From NCBI GenBank assembly GCA_951406725.2, contig OX597822.1, forward strand, positions 83,080,001 through 83,144,000: a DNA stretch of 64,000 nucleotides, given 5' to 3'. Made by a program: the position numbers and the translations under genes. This DNA comes from Octopus vulgaris (Eukaryota). Each line of letters opens with the position of its first letter. Position 1 is the stretch's first letter. This document shows, one piece after another, positions 1 to 13,825 of this stretch. Under the pieces are notes generated by a model that saw only the letters and a program-made list of their open reading frames with translations, was not told the origin of the DNA and made no database searches.

Positions 1-617
1 CACGAAGACGGATAAAATGCCGCTAAACATTTTGCCCGGTGTATTAACACTTCTTCCTGTTCGCCGCTTTATAATATTATAAAGCAATACGTTCGCTTAC
101 TAATCGTACTTCAGACTAAAACTACATTGAGATAAATAGCAAATTACGATGGTAAGCAGTACTGAAAACAAGAGGAGGAAAATGAATTTTTGTCACCATG
201 GAAATTAGTTTTTTCTTATCTCTCGCCAGTCATAAATCACAACGAATTTTAATTAACATAGTTCCCTACTGAAATTTCTGGGGTTTATGCCGAGTGATTA
301 TCTGATGAAAGCTTATGATAAAAGATTCATTTGAGTAACAACAGCCTACAATTATTGTCGGAAATTTCTTAAATTTAGATAAAAAAATCTCGATAATTTA
401 ATGTCGTATTTAAGATATATTTAATACAAATCAAGTGTTTCTTTTTGTTTATTTTAGTATTCTATACAGAAAAAAGATACTATTGGAATCCATACAAATC
501 TCTGTTTAGTGGTTACGACAATGCAGAAATTTCAGCAATTAGAATTTGGTAGATTTTCAATTGGAACAATTTCCTTTCAGGTTTTTAACTGTTTTAGAAA
601 ATATTTGATTAATTCTA

Positions 618-764
<147 letters not shown>

Positions 765-991
765 GTGTGTGTGTGTGAATGGGAGTATGCGCGCGTGTAT
801 ATATCCATGCATACTACATGTATCTATAACGAAAAGCAAAACTAAATAGCAAAAAATCGGCAAAAGTCCAAAGGATGTCCACACTTAATATTATTTGGTA
901 AAAAAGCTACTGGGTTACCTTTTCGTTGGTTATTAGAGGACAGTCTAAGAAAGACTAGGTAGAGAATATATATATATATATATATATATAT

Positions 992-1354
992 ATTCTTTTA
1001 TTCTTTTATTTGTTTCAGTTATTTAACTGCAGCCATGCTGGAACACCGCCTTTAGACCAACAAATCGACCCCAGGAATTATTGTTTTGTAAGCCTAGTAC
1101 TTATTCTACCGACTTCTTTTTGTCGAACCGCTAAGTTACGGTGACTTAAACACACCAACATCAGTTGTCTAGCGATGGTGGGGGACAAGCACAGACGCAC
1201 AGATACTTTCAGTTTCTGTCTACCAAATCCACTCCCAGGGCTTTGGTCGGTTCCAGGCTATAATAGGAGATACTAGCCCAAGGTGCCACGTAGTGGGACT
1301 GAACCCGGAACCATGTGGTTGGGAAGCAAGCATCTTACCACACAGCCACTCCTG
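992..1354 (-). mobile_element. tRNA-derived SINE, family 'B' (this window's label)
   Basis: Minus strand reads CAGGAGTGGCTGTGTGGTAAG...GGTTCCGGGTTCAGTCCC (A/B-box-like head), then CCTTGGGC, ending in a CCAGCATGGCTGCAG..CTGAAACAAATAAAAGAATAAAAGAAT tail. Homologous copies at 7896, 21537 and 37763. Confidence 0.8.
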
Positions 1355-1402
1355 TATACACACACACACACTCACACAGACATATACACAGATATATATA
1401 TA

Positions 1403-1633
1403 TATTTCTCTATTACCCACAAGGGGCTAAACATAGAGGGGACAAACAAGGACAGACAAACGGATTAAGCCGATTACATCGACCCCAGTGCGAAACTGGT
1501 ACTTTATTTATCGACCCCGGAAGGATGAAAGGCAAAGTCGACCTCGGCGGAATTTGAACTCAGAACGTAACGACAGACGAAATACCACAAAGCATTTCGC
1601 CCGGCGTGCTAACGTTTCTGCCAGCTCGCCGCC

Positions 1634-1635
<2 letters not shown>
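1403..1635 (-). mobile_element. SINE, family 'A'
   Basis: Head GGCGGCGAGCTGGCAGAAACGTTAGCACGCCGGG, B-box GAGTTCAAATTCC, central GACTTTGCCTTTCATCCTT..GGGGTCGATAAATAAAGTACCAG. More than 10 copies in the window. Confidence 0.8.
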
Positions 1636-1711
<76 letters not shown>

Positions 1712-1756
1712 CATATATATATATACATCCATATATATATATACATATACATATAC

Positions 1757-1848
<92 letters not shown>

Positions 1849-1889
1849 CTCATAAAAATACCTTAATAAACACGGCAGTATCACATTCT

Positions 1890-2075
1890 AAGGCTGCGAG
1901 CTGGTAGACTCTTTAGCACGCCGTGTAAAATGTTTTGCGGCATTTCGTCCCTGCTTGCGTTCCGAGTCCAAATTCTGCCGAGGTCGTCTTTGTCTTTTCA
2001 GAGTCGATAAAATAAGTACCAGTTGAACACCGGGGTCGAAATTGATGGACATGTGCCAAAATTGAAGCCGATATT
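1890..2075 (+). mobile_element. SINE family A, diverged
   Basis: GGCTGCGAGCTGGTAGA...GAGTCCAAATTCTGCCGAGGTCG...GTCGATAAAATAAGTACCAG, homologous to the 1403 copy. Confidence 0.65.
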
Positions 2076-3460
2076 ACTACACATTCCCGTATCTTCAAGA
2101 TCAATATGATCGATGTCATTCAGAAGATTCTGCCATGTGATTCTATGCCTTAACGACGTTTCTTGTCTTATGGCTAAATTTATTTTTCATGGTATAATTC
2201 TTAGTATTCTTGGGAAGGTACGTTACTGGCAAAATCGTTAGAATACCAACCAAATATGACAGTGTTATGACCTTCGGAAAAGTTTTCAACGTCCCATAAT
2301 AGTATTTCACAATTTCCAGATTTCATCTTTTTAATTTTCATTTTAACAGTATGGTCTTCATGTTGTTGCTGTTGGCTTTCCGTCGAAGGTCGGTCACGAT
2401 CGAGCTTACATGTGATCAATGGCTGTGAATATCTCATCTTTTCAGCCTTAGTTAATCTTAACTATATTATCTAATATATATTTTAAAGGAATACGGTAGA
2501 GTGTAATTTGATAGCAATTCGGCAGCTGTTTCTTACAGGTCAAGTAATAGTGTGGATATTCTTAGATCCTTCTGTATTCATCATTAAATACCACATGGTA
2601 TTCGGTAAAATGTTTGTACTCGGTACGGGTGGATCTTCAGCTAACAAGAAAGCCTTCATGCAATAGCTCGACTTGCTAGAAAAATCGCATCGAAAACTTT
2701 CTTCAAATCTTAACATTCTAATGCGGATTACACTTTAAATAATATCGCCCAGGTCGCACTGGATGGCCATGCTTGGAATTTCTTTGATCATATACTTGAT
2801 TAAACCAGGTTTTCTTGGAGGCTAAACAACAACAACATACAGTGACAGATTCCTTTCTTGTTCTTTAAACTGGTTCAAAATAACTAAAATGACAGTTTGA
2901 ATAGCAACAGGCGGAAAAATCAATACTTACAACCATCGGAATTGCTTTCTTCTTATGTACAGTCAATAATAAATCACAGCCAATTTTAATTAAGAGTTTC
3001 AATACTTAAATAAGTGTATTGCATTCCAAAAGATTATCTGATTAACGACTCACTTTTGAAACAGCATATTACATTTATGGAAACTTTGCTATTTCCAAAT
3101 AATTAAAATAATGGATGCGATATATATTCTAATGGTTCATTGAATATTTTGAGCGTTCTGTAACAAAGAGGTTTCTTTTATTCTATCATTCACTCAAAGA
3201 GAAACATCCCCCTCCAGACGATTTTCTACTAGTCAATCTTCTTTCAGCCATACTTTACATCTTTTAGTTATTGGCTCGTGGTCATACTGGGGTATCGCAT
3301 TGAAGGGTTTTACTCAAATAAATCTTTCCAGGTACATATATTAAATGGTTTATTGATCTTATTTGCTAACCTGCTGATGTAACGAAGGAATAAACAACCC
3401 CGTACTGATTGTCTAGCGGTAGTGGTGGATAAACAAACACACACACACATACTTGTGCAC

Positions 3461-3643
3461 ACATATTTTTAATAACATCTTTACTCAGCTCCACATGGTT
3501 TAAAGTTTCGTGTGTGTGTACGACGCAGCAGTCTCATCAGATATCAGAAGACTCTTCTCATATCTGATGAGATTGATGTGTCCTACGCACCTATGAACCT
3601 TGAAGTCATACGACGCTGAGTAAAACTATTATTAAAAATATGT
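3461..3643. repeat. Old fold-back element (~88-bp arms) with decayed hammerhead motifs in both arms
   Basis: ACATATTTTTAATAA..TTACTCAGC..TCTCATCAGATAT is the reverse complement of ATATCTGATGAGA..GCTGAGTAAA..TTATTAAAAATATGT. Right arm reads TAT-CTGATGA...GAACC-TTGAA-GTC-ATA. Confidence 0.6.
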
Positions 3644-3817
3644 AATTCTTACCAAATATTTTGGGTGACACTTTCTTTCGTTTGTCCACTCACTCGTACA
3701 CACACACACACACACACAAGCGCACGCTTCAGCATACACACACACAAACCACGCCACCTCAAACACAAACCACACCACACAACACACACACACCACACTA
3801 CACACATACACCACACA

Positions 3818-4187
3818 CGCCCAATGGTTAGGGTAGCGGACTTGCGGTCGTAGTATCGCGGTTTCAATTCCCAGACCGGGCGTTGTGAGTGTTTATAGAG
3901 CGAAGACACCTAAAGCTCCACGAGACTCCAGCAGGGGGTGGTAGCGAAACTTGCTGTACTTTTTCACTACAACTTTTTCTAACTCTTTCTCCCTGTTTCT
4001 GTTGTAACTGTATTTCAAAAGGCCAGCCTTGTCACACTCTGTGTCATGCTGAATCTCCCCGAGAACTACGTTAAGGGTACACGTGTCTGTGGAGTGCTCA
4101 GCCACTTGCACGTTAATTTCACAAGCAGGCTGTTCCTTTGATCGGATCAACTGGAACCGTCGTCGTCGTAACCGACGGAGTGCCACG
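3818..4187 (+). mobile_element. tRNA-derived SINE, family 'C'
   Basis: TGGTTAGGGTAGCGGACTTGCGGTCGTAG..GGTTTCAATTCCC tRNA-like head, tail CGTCGTCGTAACCGACGGAGTGC. Copies at 44009, 47366 and 49271. Confidence 0.8.
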
Positions 4188-7060
4188 ATCTATGACATTA
4201 GGCACATTGGTCTCTTTTCATAGTGTTTACATTTATAGAAAGCTGTGGAATGGTAGAAACAAGGAAGAACCTGATAACTCTTCTATGGCTTTTAGTTTTG
4301 TCTCTGTTTCTTCTGAGTTCAAAACACATCGGAACAGTTTCGTTTTCAGCCTCTCAAACCAATAAAATCAGAGACTCAGTACCAGTACCAGTAATTTACT
4401 GGGGTAAATTCACTCAGCAGATACGTCATGCTGAGGTAAATCTATAATTACAATGATCAATAAAACTTTTGCAAAGCGATGTACTTAAATTTTAAATAAT
4501 AAAATGTTCGATCCGGCTGCGCAACAACAATTTTATTTGGCGTTATTTGGCTGTAATTTTATTTATAGTTTCTTAACTTCACAGTAAATTAGTTTCAAAC
4601 GAGAAAATAAAACATTACAGGATTTAAAATGTTCACATTAAGAAGCAAAATAAATAAATAAATAAATAAATAAGAAAGAGAAACAAAAAGAAAAACAACA
4701 GAAAAAACACAAAGGAAATAAAAACAAAAGAAAAGATTTCGAACGTTTATTTAATGTGGCACTAATTAGCATAGCTTTTTAAATAACATATAATTGTTTT
4801 GATCGGGCCATATATATTTTCTTTCGAGCTTAAAAGCTATGATCGTGTGATTCGGCAGTTCTTTTCAAGTCTGATCACATTTTGTGGTGTATATACATAC
4901 GCACTCGCGCACAAATACGAGTGTGTTTATATATGTTTGAGTGTGTTGTGTGTGTGCCTGTCTGTCTGTCTGTGTGTATGTATGTATGTGTGTGTGTTTC
5001 TGTGCGTGTGTATGTGTCTGTGTGCATGTGTCCGTGTGTTTGTATGTGTGTATGTGTCTCTGTGTGTCTGTATGTATGTATGTATGTGTGAGTATGTACG
5101 ACAGGCTTCCAAACAGTTTTCCCCTATCAAATATTATTCAGAAGGCTTTTGTCCACCGTGCCTGTCGTAGAAGATAACTTGGCCGTGTCATCTTGTAGTG
5201 GGATCGACCTGGTAAACACCTGCTTTCTTATAGTAATTAGGTTGTAGGATGGGTTGTGATGGAGAGATGTAGAGAAATTTTCCTTTTAATTTGGGGTTAT
5301 GATATTGTTCAAAATTCATTAATGCGCGTAAAACTTTGTAAACGGGCCTGTATACTCAGGTGCGCTAGCTTCAGGTCATAGGATTGTTTTTTCTAGTGGT
5401 TTTTTATTAGTAGGAAGAGAAAGTTTTTCGGTCAGCGGAAGTGCCATTAGTTTTAGCTAACCCTGGTTTTATTGGATTTAATCCTTTACATTAGCAATAT
5501 ACAAATCAAAGTTCAAAGTCTAGTCCAATATTGAAAAGCTTAATTGGGTGGGTCAACATTTTTGTAATGGAACTTTTTAAGGTTCACAAAAAGATGTTAG
5601 TAGGTGGTATGTTTTAGTTGGTCAGTAAATTTCCTTACTTGTTGTTGTCATATAGGATATTTCCTGTTTGTATTTGGTAGGTAGAGGTAATTAGTGCACC
5701 ACGTTAGGGTATCTTTTACTTTGAATTTCTCTAGAGGATGTGGATAGGTGCAAAGGTTGCTGGTCAGTATATTTCTCTCTAGGGATTCGTTGTTCTGTAA
5801 GCAATTTGATTAATATGTAAATTTTAACCTTTGTGTTTATTTTTAGAGGCAGCGTTCCCTTGTCTGTTTGAATCGTTAGCATGGCAGATAAACTGCTTTG
5901 CGATAGTCTATAATAATTACAGCTCATAACATTTTTAGTTTTTTCATACTCCTAATAGAAATAAAATAAAGATAAAGTCCAGGATTTGATTTTATCGGTT
6001 GTATTCTTCAAAATTTATGGATTGTGTCAATGTTCTAAGACCTATATATATCATTAGCGACTAATACACTTGACACCCACTAGAGTACTGTTCCAACATA
6101 GTGGACGATGCTGCTACTACATATACAGACATCTTAGATGGCATCTAAAGAAAATCAACTCGATTAATTGGTATGGGTCAGCTCGGAAACCAACTCTTAT
6201 ACATAACAGATGTGTTGTCTCTTTTTTCTTGCTATTCTATTATACCATGGTGATATCTAGTCCTCTGAGCTGGCTGCTTTAATTCTTCATCCACTCTGAT
6301 ACCCGGACACACACCATTTCTCATCCGAGCAGATCTATGATCAAAGGCAGGAAATGATCAGTTGACACTTGCTGTAACAATATTGTTATAATTGCGAAAA
6401 CCATCACAAGTTGTCTATGTTTGAAGACAGCGCAAGAAAATAAATAGTGGAGTTGATTGCAGTAGAAAAGAACAGGAGAAAGATAAAGATAAAAAGAGAA
6501 TGTTAAAGCATTTAAATAAAGATCGTGTTAAATGACTAATGAAAGCAGTATTCTTTTTTATTAAAATATACTAAAATTGGCTGTTTAAACATTTTAATAG
6601 CCGTCAGGTCGTTCTCCAATCAAGCAACGTTTTTGAACACTAGAGTACTTTACGCCATAGAACTGTTCAATTTAGACTGATTTGGTCTAAATATACACCA
6701 CTACACTTACAAGATATATCTCTTCGTATGTATACAATGAACGAGACTTTGTTATTACTTTATAACAAGACAAAGCTAAAAGGTTACATCTAACATGGCG
6801 AATGACATTTCCAAACAACAAAGAATTTTGTTGTTCAAATAGAATTTACTTTGTTATTTTGATAGGCAATTCTAGTGTTCGTATTTCTTAATGTATTTAT
6901 CCATAAAATCACCGTCGCTTGCAGCAATCTGGCGCTAGTGCGATTAGTATACAGGTATATGCAACACATGTACATACGTACATATGTGTGTGCGAGTTTG
7001 TGTATGTGTGTGCATTTTTGTGTTACAGACATGCACACAATATGACTAACTATATATTCT

Positions 7061-7096
<36 letters not shown>

Positions 7097-7106
7097 TTAT
7101 ATATAA

Positions 7107-7192
<86 letters not shown>

Positions 7193-7355
7193 GTGTGTAT
7201 TTTTCCCTTGTTAACAACCAACACGGAAACAATAGATAAATAGTTACCAGGGTAGCAAAATATCACACAAGTAAAAAGGGCGTAACACCTTGTTTTTAAA
7301 GGAAGAAACTCCGGGTTTACCTGAATTATTTTGTATAATATATATAAATAAATAA

Positions 7356-7675
7356 ATGGAGTTAAACGCAGGTGTTATTCGAATTCTTTTACTTCCGACA
7401 CATGTTCCGAAGATATCACTGGTATTATTCCAAAGGAATAAAATGGTGTAAAACAATGTAATCTTCTCTTCAGGGAAATGAAGAAATAAAACTCTTTTTG
7501 ATAACTGAGAAGAAAAGCTACCTATTCTAATGGAGACACGAAATCTAGTTGTAAGGATATAAACGATTTTTTATCTTTATTGCATTACACCATTTTATTA
7601 CTTTGGAATAATACAATGATATCTTCGACACGTGTGTCGGAAGTAAAAGAATTTGAATAACACCTGCGTTTAACT

Positions 7676-7679
<4 letters not shown>
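7356..7679. repeat. Inverted repeat (~100-bp arms, ~120-bp spacer) abutting (TA)n
   Basis: ATGGAGTTAAACGCAGGTGTTATTC... at 7356 versus ...GAATAACACCTGCGTTTAACTCCAT ending at 7679. Confidence 0.8.
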
Positions 7680-7752
<73 letters not shown>

Positions 7753-7755
7753 CAT

Positions 7756-7834
<79 letters not shown>

Positions 7835-7841
7835 CATGCAT

Positions 7842-7895
<54 letters not shown>

Positions 7896-7896
<1 letters not shown>

Positions 7897-8229
7897 GGTG
7901 CGGGAGTGGCTATGTGGTAAGCAGCTTGCTTATCAACCACATGGTTCTGAGTTCAGTCCCACTGTGGTACCTTGGGCAAGTGTCTTCTATTATAGCCTCG
8001 GGCTATAATAGAAGTGGATTTGGTTTACGGAAACTGAGAGAAGCCCATCGTATATATGTATATGTTTTTGTGTCTGTGTTTGTGTCCCTACTATCACTTG
8101 ACAACCGATGCTGGTGTGTTTACGTCCTCGTTACTTAGCGGTTCAGAAAAGAATAATAAGTGCGAGAGTAGACTTGTTCGACTCCAGCATGGTCGCAGTA
8201 AAAACTGAAACAAATAAAAGAATAAAAGT
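7896..8229 (+). mobile_element. SINE family B
   Basis: GGTGCGGGAGTGGCTATGTGGTAAG head and CCAGCATGGTCGCAG..AAATAAAAGAATAAAAG tail. Confidence 0.75.
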
Positions 8230-8939
8230 ATATATATACACACACACGCACTCACACACGCACACACACACATATATATATGTACACACACACACATACA
8301 CACACACATATATCTATAACAGTATAAACACTCATGCATACGCACGTATTCACCGAAATGCCTGGAGGTGGCAGTAATGTTATGAAAACTGTCGTGTGAC
8401 ATATTGACATCTGATCGCTAAATAGTAAATAACAAATTTACTACAGCAAATAATATTTTTTCTTTACTGCAGATGGTATATTTAAAAAGAGATTTGAGAT
8501 ATAACCGTCTCGTCTCTGACCAGCTAATGTAGTAGCAGCTACGAGCGGTTGGTGGTAGTTTTCAGCAATTCTCGCTTATTGACATGCAAGTAAAATAAGG
8601 AAGCTCTATATGTTTTCTCAAACTTGAAGACTATGTAACTAAATTCCATTGAAATAATACGCAGCCATTGTAAAAAGAAAAAGGGGCAAAAATTTGGTTA
8701 TAGCACCTATATAACTGTGCCTGAGAAGATGAGATGCGTTGGCCGACCACTGCTAAACTGGAGTGGGTCACGACGATGACCACCACCACCACTACCACTA
8801 TCGCCACCGCAATCGTCATCACCCCTCCTACAACAACAACAACAACAACAACAGTCACAGCAACAACAGCACCATTTATTGAAAACAAATTTTTAAAAGT
8901 AAAATATAATAACTGGAAATATTTGTATTAAAATCGAAG

Positions 8940-9141
8940 ACAGAACGGATAATACGCCGGACAAAATGCTAGGCAGCATTTCGTTCGGCCTTACGTACGG
9001 AGTTCAAATTCCGCCGAGATCGAATTTGCCTTTCATCCTTTCGGGGTCGATGAAATAAGTACCAATTGAACACAGAGGTCAATATAATCGGCTTATCTCC
9101 TGCCCCCGAATCTGCTGGCCTTGTACCACAATTTGAAATCC
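8940..9141 (+). mobile_element. SINE family A
   Basis: GAGTTCAAATTCCGCCGAGATCGAATTTGCCTTTCATCCTTTCGGGGTCGATG, homologous to other family A copies. Confidence 0.7.
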
Positions 9142-10589
9142 TTATTAGCTTTAGCATTATACACGAAAATACTTTCTTGAACACGGGCAAAGCAGAAGAA
9201 AGCGATACAAACGAACTTCTAAAGAAAATCTTTTTGCTGAGATAAAATTTAGGGATTTTAATAATAGAAAACAATTCCTGATTAAACTTTAGATAAGATT
9301 TTTGTATATTGTTTATAAGATGTTATGAGGAAATTAATGTGTTAGATGTCCTATAGAATACTCACTCTATCTAGATCGGAACTGGATGACTCGATGCTCT
9401 TTTTTCGTGTCCTAAATGGTGCATTCGGGAAATCCAGTGGTTATCCGTCCGCTAGTTGCAAACCTCTGAATAGATCTGCAAGGTTTTAACGCCGTTTCTC
9501 CTATCGGCAACCCCCACCCAATCCAAATATGCATCCAAAATGATGTTCCAATTGACGTTTAACCCTTAAGTGAAGGACGTTCCGAGGAAAAGCTCCAGTC
9601 TCCCGAAGAAATCTGTTTGCTTCGCCCCTACAAGGACGTGGAGAGCTACTGGTTATTGGTGCTGTCCACGTCGAAGACTACCAAGTTACTTTCTAGGCCC
9701 ATGCAGATACTCTGTATTGAGGGATCCAGACCTTTCCGAAATAACACACCCACTTCACCTCACAATCCAGGCTGATTTGGGGAAGCATACATCTCGAATC
9801 CACCGAAAATGGACGTGAAGATTCGTAGCTGATGGTGACTATATCTATAATTAGTGACCTGAAGTTAATGATCAGGTGTTCCTGCTTCCATGGTGACCAC
9901 AGGCCACGTGCATTTATACTGCGAAGGAGGAGTTGACAGAAGGAAGAGGCTGAGAACGGTTCCCTTACAGTATTTCTCGAAGCAATTTTTGATGTAGTGC
10001 TTCTATATTTTTTCTGAAGTTAACCGTTTAGTTGCGGTATTTATTTTTAAAATGTGTGTTGTGATATTTGTATGATTTTGATGATGATGATGATGATGAT
10101 GAAGATCATGATGATGATGATTGTTTCAAAAAACACTAAATAGTTAATTCGTTTCACGATGTATGGAAAAGGAAGAGGACAACGAAGCGAAGAAAAATAG
10201 TAAAATGTGTTGAAATATGTGAAAATCCAGGAGTAGTTTCCGGTATGCGTTTGAATCCGTTTTAATGTTTAATGTTTAATATACATATATAACTTTACAA
10301 AGAAGCGATCATACATATATACAAACCCACATTAATTTCCTCATAACATCCTATAAACAATATACAAAAATCTTTATCTAAAGTTTAATCAGGAATTGTT
10401 TTCTATTATTAAAATCACTAAATTTTATCGCAGCAAAAAGATTTTCTCTAGAAAGTTCGTTTGTATCGCTTTCTTCTACTTTGCCCGTGTTCAAGAAAGT
10501 ATTTTCGTGTATAATACTAATACTAATAAGGATTTCAAATTGTGGTACAAGGCCAGCAGATTCAGGGGCAGAGGATAAGCCGATTATAT
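9081..10589. repeat. Inverted duplication: ~260 bp at 9081-9341 versus 10328-10589
   Basis: Arms are reverse complements; the ORF track shows the shared peptide PVFKKVFSCI..NCGTRPADSGA on opposite strands. Confidence 0.85.
9360..9935 (-). pseudogene. Decayed AP-endonuclease domain of an L1/Tx1-like LINE
   Basis: Manual minus-strand translation across frameshifts gives SINARGLWSPWKQ..DIVTIS, GVLFRKGLD, DFFGRLELFLGT..NWNIILDAYLD and DLDRV, matching the APE motif order (SxNxRGL, DIxxxxE, GDxN, LDR). Confidence 0.5.
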
Positions 10590-10668
10590 ACAAATGTATA
10601 CATTCATACAAATACTACATACGAGTATATACACACCTACCTACCGTCCTACAAACATACATACATAC

Positions 10669-10715
<47 letters not shown>

Positions 10716-10719
<4 letters not shown>

Positions 10720-11510
10720 CAAATTTGAGTTGATCCACTTTTCAAAAGAGGATACCTTGAAATTCCCATACTCCCTTCCTTCAGGTCAAACTCTCATGGC
10801 ATCCAACAACATCAGAGACTTGGGGGTAATTGTGAACAACATAAGCTGGGCCGCTCATATAAACAGCAAAAGCTGTCATAGTTCGCTCCTGGATTCTCAG
10901 AGTTTTCCAGTCGAGAGATATCCACGCCGTTATCCATCACTTCTCTACCTTTGCCGGACCCCACCTTGAATACTGTTGTCCACACGAAACAAAGTATCAT
11001 GAAAATTGAAGTATCTCAAAAGTCAATTGCAAAAAAGATAGATGGCATGATAGGTCTTGACTACTGGGGGTCGACTAGAAAAGCTCAAGCTTTATTCTTC
11101 CCAACGCTGCCGTAAGCGCTACAACATTTGCATGAGGGAGAAAATATTCCATCAGCATTGCCCAAATGATATTGGCATCGCCTTTACGATACACTCAAGA
11201 CTTAGACACTATGCCATCCGCCTACAACAGAAATTATACTCGCATCACATGACAACAATACGGCACAATTATTTCACGACAATTGGCCCCGCTGTCTTTA
11301 ACATTATAGCAAAACACAGGAACAGATCCCATAAAGTTCAAGAAGTCTTTGGCCAAATTCCTTCAAATTCCTACACCCGGATATGTCTCCGCAAATTATA
11401 ACTCTCTCCTCGAGTGGGTCATGTTTAATTCCTGATGTGAATGACTTTGCCAAATGGTGGTATTAAGTTAGATATGGCCTGGGCCAATACTGGCCGAAAC
11501 CTATCAAAGT
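10716..11510 (+). mobile_element. 5'-truncated CR1-like LINE relic (RT C-terminus plus 3' UTR)
   Basis: DKFELIHF..IRDLGVIV..SWAAHI, then RPHLEYC and LDYWGRLEKLKLYSSQR across frameshifts. Terminal GGCC-TGGGCCAATACTGGCC stem. A second copy lies at 31040. Confidence 0.75.
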
Positions 11511-11590
11511 AACTTTATATATATATATACACACATATATATTGCCTGTCTAACTCTCTCTCTCTCTCCCCCTCTCTCTCCCTCTCTCCC

Positions 11591-11692
<102 letters not shown>

Positions 11693-11923
11693 TTGGTGCA
11701 TAATTATTGCGGCTTTTTTCCAACAAATCTTATTCAACAAAAACAATAACAATTTTTAACAATAACATCTTTAAATGACAGTTGATCATCTGCCAAGCAA
11801 ATGGGAAGCAGTAATTGAAGTTGATGCTGAATATGTTGTAATCATTTAAAGATATTTTTGTTTACGTGTTGTTTTGTTGAATAGTTTTACATCGTAAGAA
11901 AAGCCGCAATAATTATGCACCAA
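11693..11923 (+). mobile_element. Mariner-derived MITE (internal deletion derivative)
   Basis: TIRs TTGGTGCATAATTATTGCGGCTTTT / AAAAGCCGCAATAATTATGCACCAA resemble mariner TIRs. Interior encodes DHLPSKWEAVIEVDAEY, similar to a mariner transposase C-terminus. Confidence 0.75.
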
Positions 11924-12332
11924 CAGAAAATATACATGGCTGTCTGTTTGTCTGTTTGTCTGTATATATGTATGTCTGTCTATGTATGTATGTTCAAATA
12001 CAATCGATATGAATTGCAATGCACTTTTAATAGATTGTAAAACAGAATTAAGTTGGTTCAACATTGAAACACGTTTTGTACAAGAGGCAGGAATCTTCCC
12101 ATATACTTCAAAACGATTTTGTCTCCTAACATCTCATATCCATATCTTCTTCTGAGTAAAGTTCTACAATCGTCTAGACAACTTCAATTAATCAAGATTG
12201 GACTTACTTCAAAGATTCTTATTTTCAAGATTTTTCTTATTATTTTCGGTTGTTTTTTTCTATCTTTTGCTAATCACAATGTAAATTGTAATTGTTAACC
12301 AGCTGGTGATTGCTGATATACATATACATACA

Positions 12333-12451
<119 letters not shown>

Positions 12452-12634
12452 TATAAAAATATGGTAAAGTAAAAGAATTCACTTTACCACACACCGAACT
12501 TTTCCGAAATAGCAGCCAAAAACTTGGCTATTTCTTCAACTGCAAATAAAAGTCTCCAGACAATGCATACTCAGAAAAATAACTCACATAGGAATAAGGG
12601 AAAAACAATGAAAGATCACATCCATATACGATAC

Positions 12635-12694
12635 CCGAGGACAGTCTGTTTCTGGATTTGTGGGTAAAACGCCACTTTTCTTTCATCAGCTCAG
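12635..12694 (-). ncRNA. Type I hammerhead ribozyme
   Basis: CTGAG-CTGATGA-AAGAAAAGTGGCGTTTTACCCACAAATCCA-GAAAC-AGACT-GTC-CTCGG: intact core, stem I CTGAG/CTCGG, GUC site. Confidence 0.75.
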
Positions 12695-13493
12695 AGATTT
12701 CTTTTGATTTAGATTTGAAAATACTAAGAATCAAACATACCCGTCCGATATCTGTAACATCGGACAAACTATGCCAGACATCCAGTACTAGCGAATCCAA
12801 AAATACGAATGAGATCTATTATTCTCCCTGTCCGCCCACGTGAGTCATAGAGCATTCCATTTCTACAGAGGTAAAAACTGCAGTTTAAATTCTTGGAGAG
12901 AAAGTATTATATTGTTATGAGAAAATGGGGGTCGAATCAATTAATTATTAATAAATTCGACCAAGCAGTATTCGGTATGTAAAGACCATTTACGGTATAT
13001 TTGAAGTATTAATTTATAAAAATATGGTAAAGTAAAAGAATTCACTTTACCACACACCGAACTTTTCCGAAATAGCAGCCAAAAACTTGGCTATTTCTTC
13101 AACTGCAAATAAAATTTCGGAAAAGTTCGGAGTGTGGTAAAGTGAATTCTTTTACTTTACCATATTTTTATAAATTAATACTTCAAATATACCGTAAATG
13201 GTCTTTACTATACCGAATACTGCTTGGTCGAATTTATTAATAATTAATTGATTCGACCCCCATTTTCTCATAACAATATAATACTTTCTCTCCAAGAATT
13301 TAAACTGCAGTTTTTACCTCTGTAGAAATGGAATGCTCTATGACTCACGTGGGCGGACAGGGAGAATAATAGATCTCATTCGTATTTTTGGATTCGCTAG
13401 TACTGGATGTCTGGCATAGTTTGTCCGATGTTACAGATATCGGACGGGTATGTTTGATTCTTAGTATTTTCAAATCTAAATCAAAAGAAATCT

Positions 13494-13553
13494 CTGAGCT
13501 GATGAAGGAAAAGTGGCGTTTTACCTACAAATCCAGAAACAGACTGTCCTCGG
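13494..13553 (+). ncRNA. Type I hammerhead ribozyme
   Basis: CTGAG-CTGATGA-AGGA...TCCA-GAAAC-AGACT-GTC-CTCGG. Predicted cleavage after 13548. Stem III ACAG/CTGT has a 1-nt loop (dimer-type). Confidence 0.8.
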
Positions 13554-13794
13554 GTATCGTATATGGATGTGATCTTTCATTGTTTTTCCCTTATTCCTAT
13601 GTGAGTTATTTTTCTGAGTATGCATTGTCTGGAGACTTTTATTTGCAGTTGAAGAAATAGCCAAGTTTTTGGCTGCTATTTCGGAAAAGTTCGGTGTGTG
13701 GTAAAGTGAATTCTTTTACTTTACCATATTTTTATAAATTAATACTTCAAATATACCGTAAATGGTCTTTACATACCGAATACTGCTTGGTCGA

Positions 13795-13825
<31 letters not shown>

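Noticed and set aside
302-350. CTGATGA motif
   Set aside because: There is no downstream GAAA or stem pairing, so it is a chance match.
5170-6040. Strand-biased segment resembling a decayed Penelope N-terminal region (KLFNIGLDF on the minus strand)
   Set aside because: Only one weak motif amid many stops, which is insufficient to call.
12528-13660. Duplicated 90-aa ORF MDSLVLDVWH in both palindrome arms
   Set aside because: It has a non-ATG start and no recognisable motif, and it overlaps the hammerhead. The duplication simply reflects the inverted repeat.
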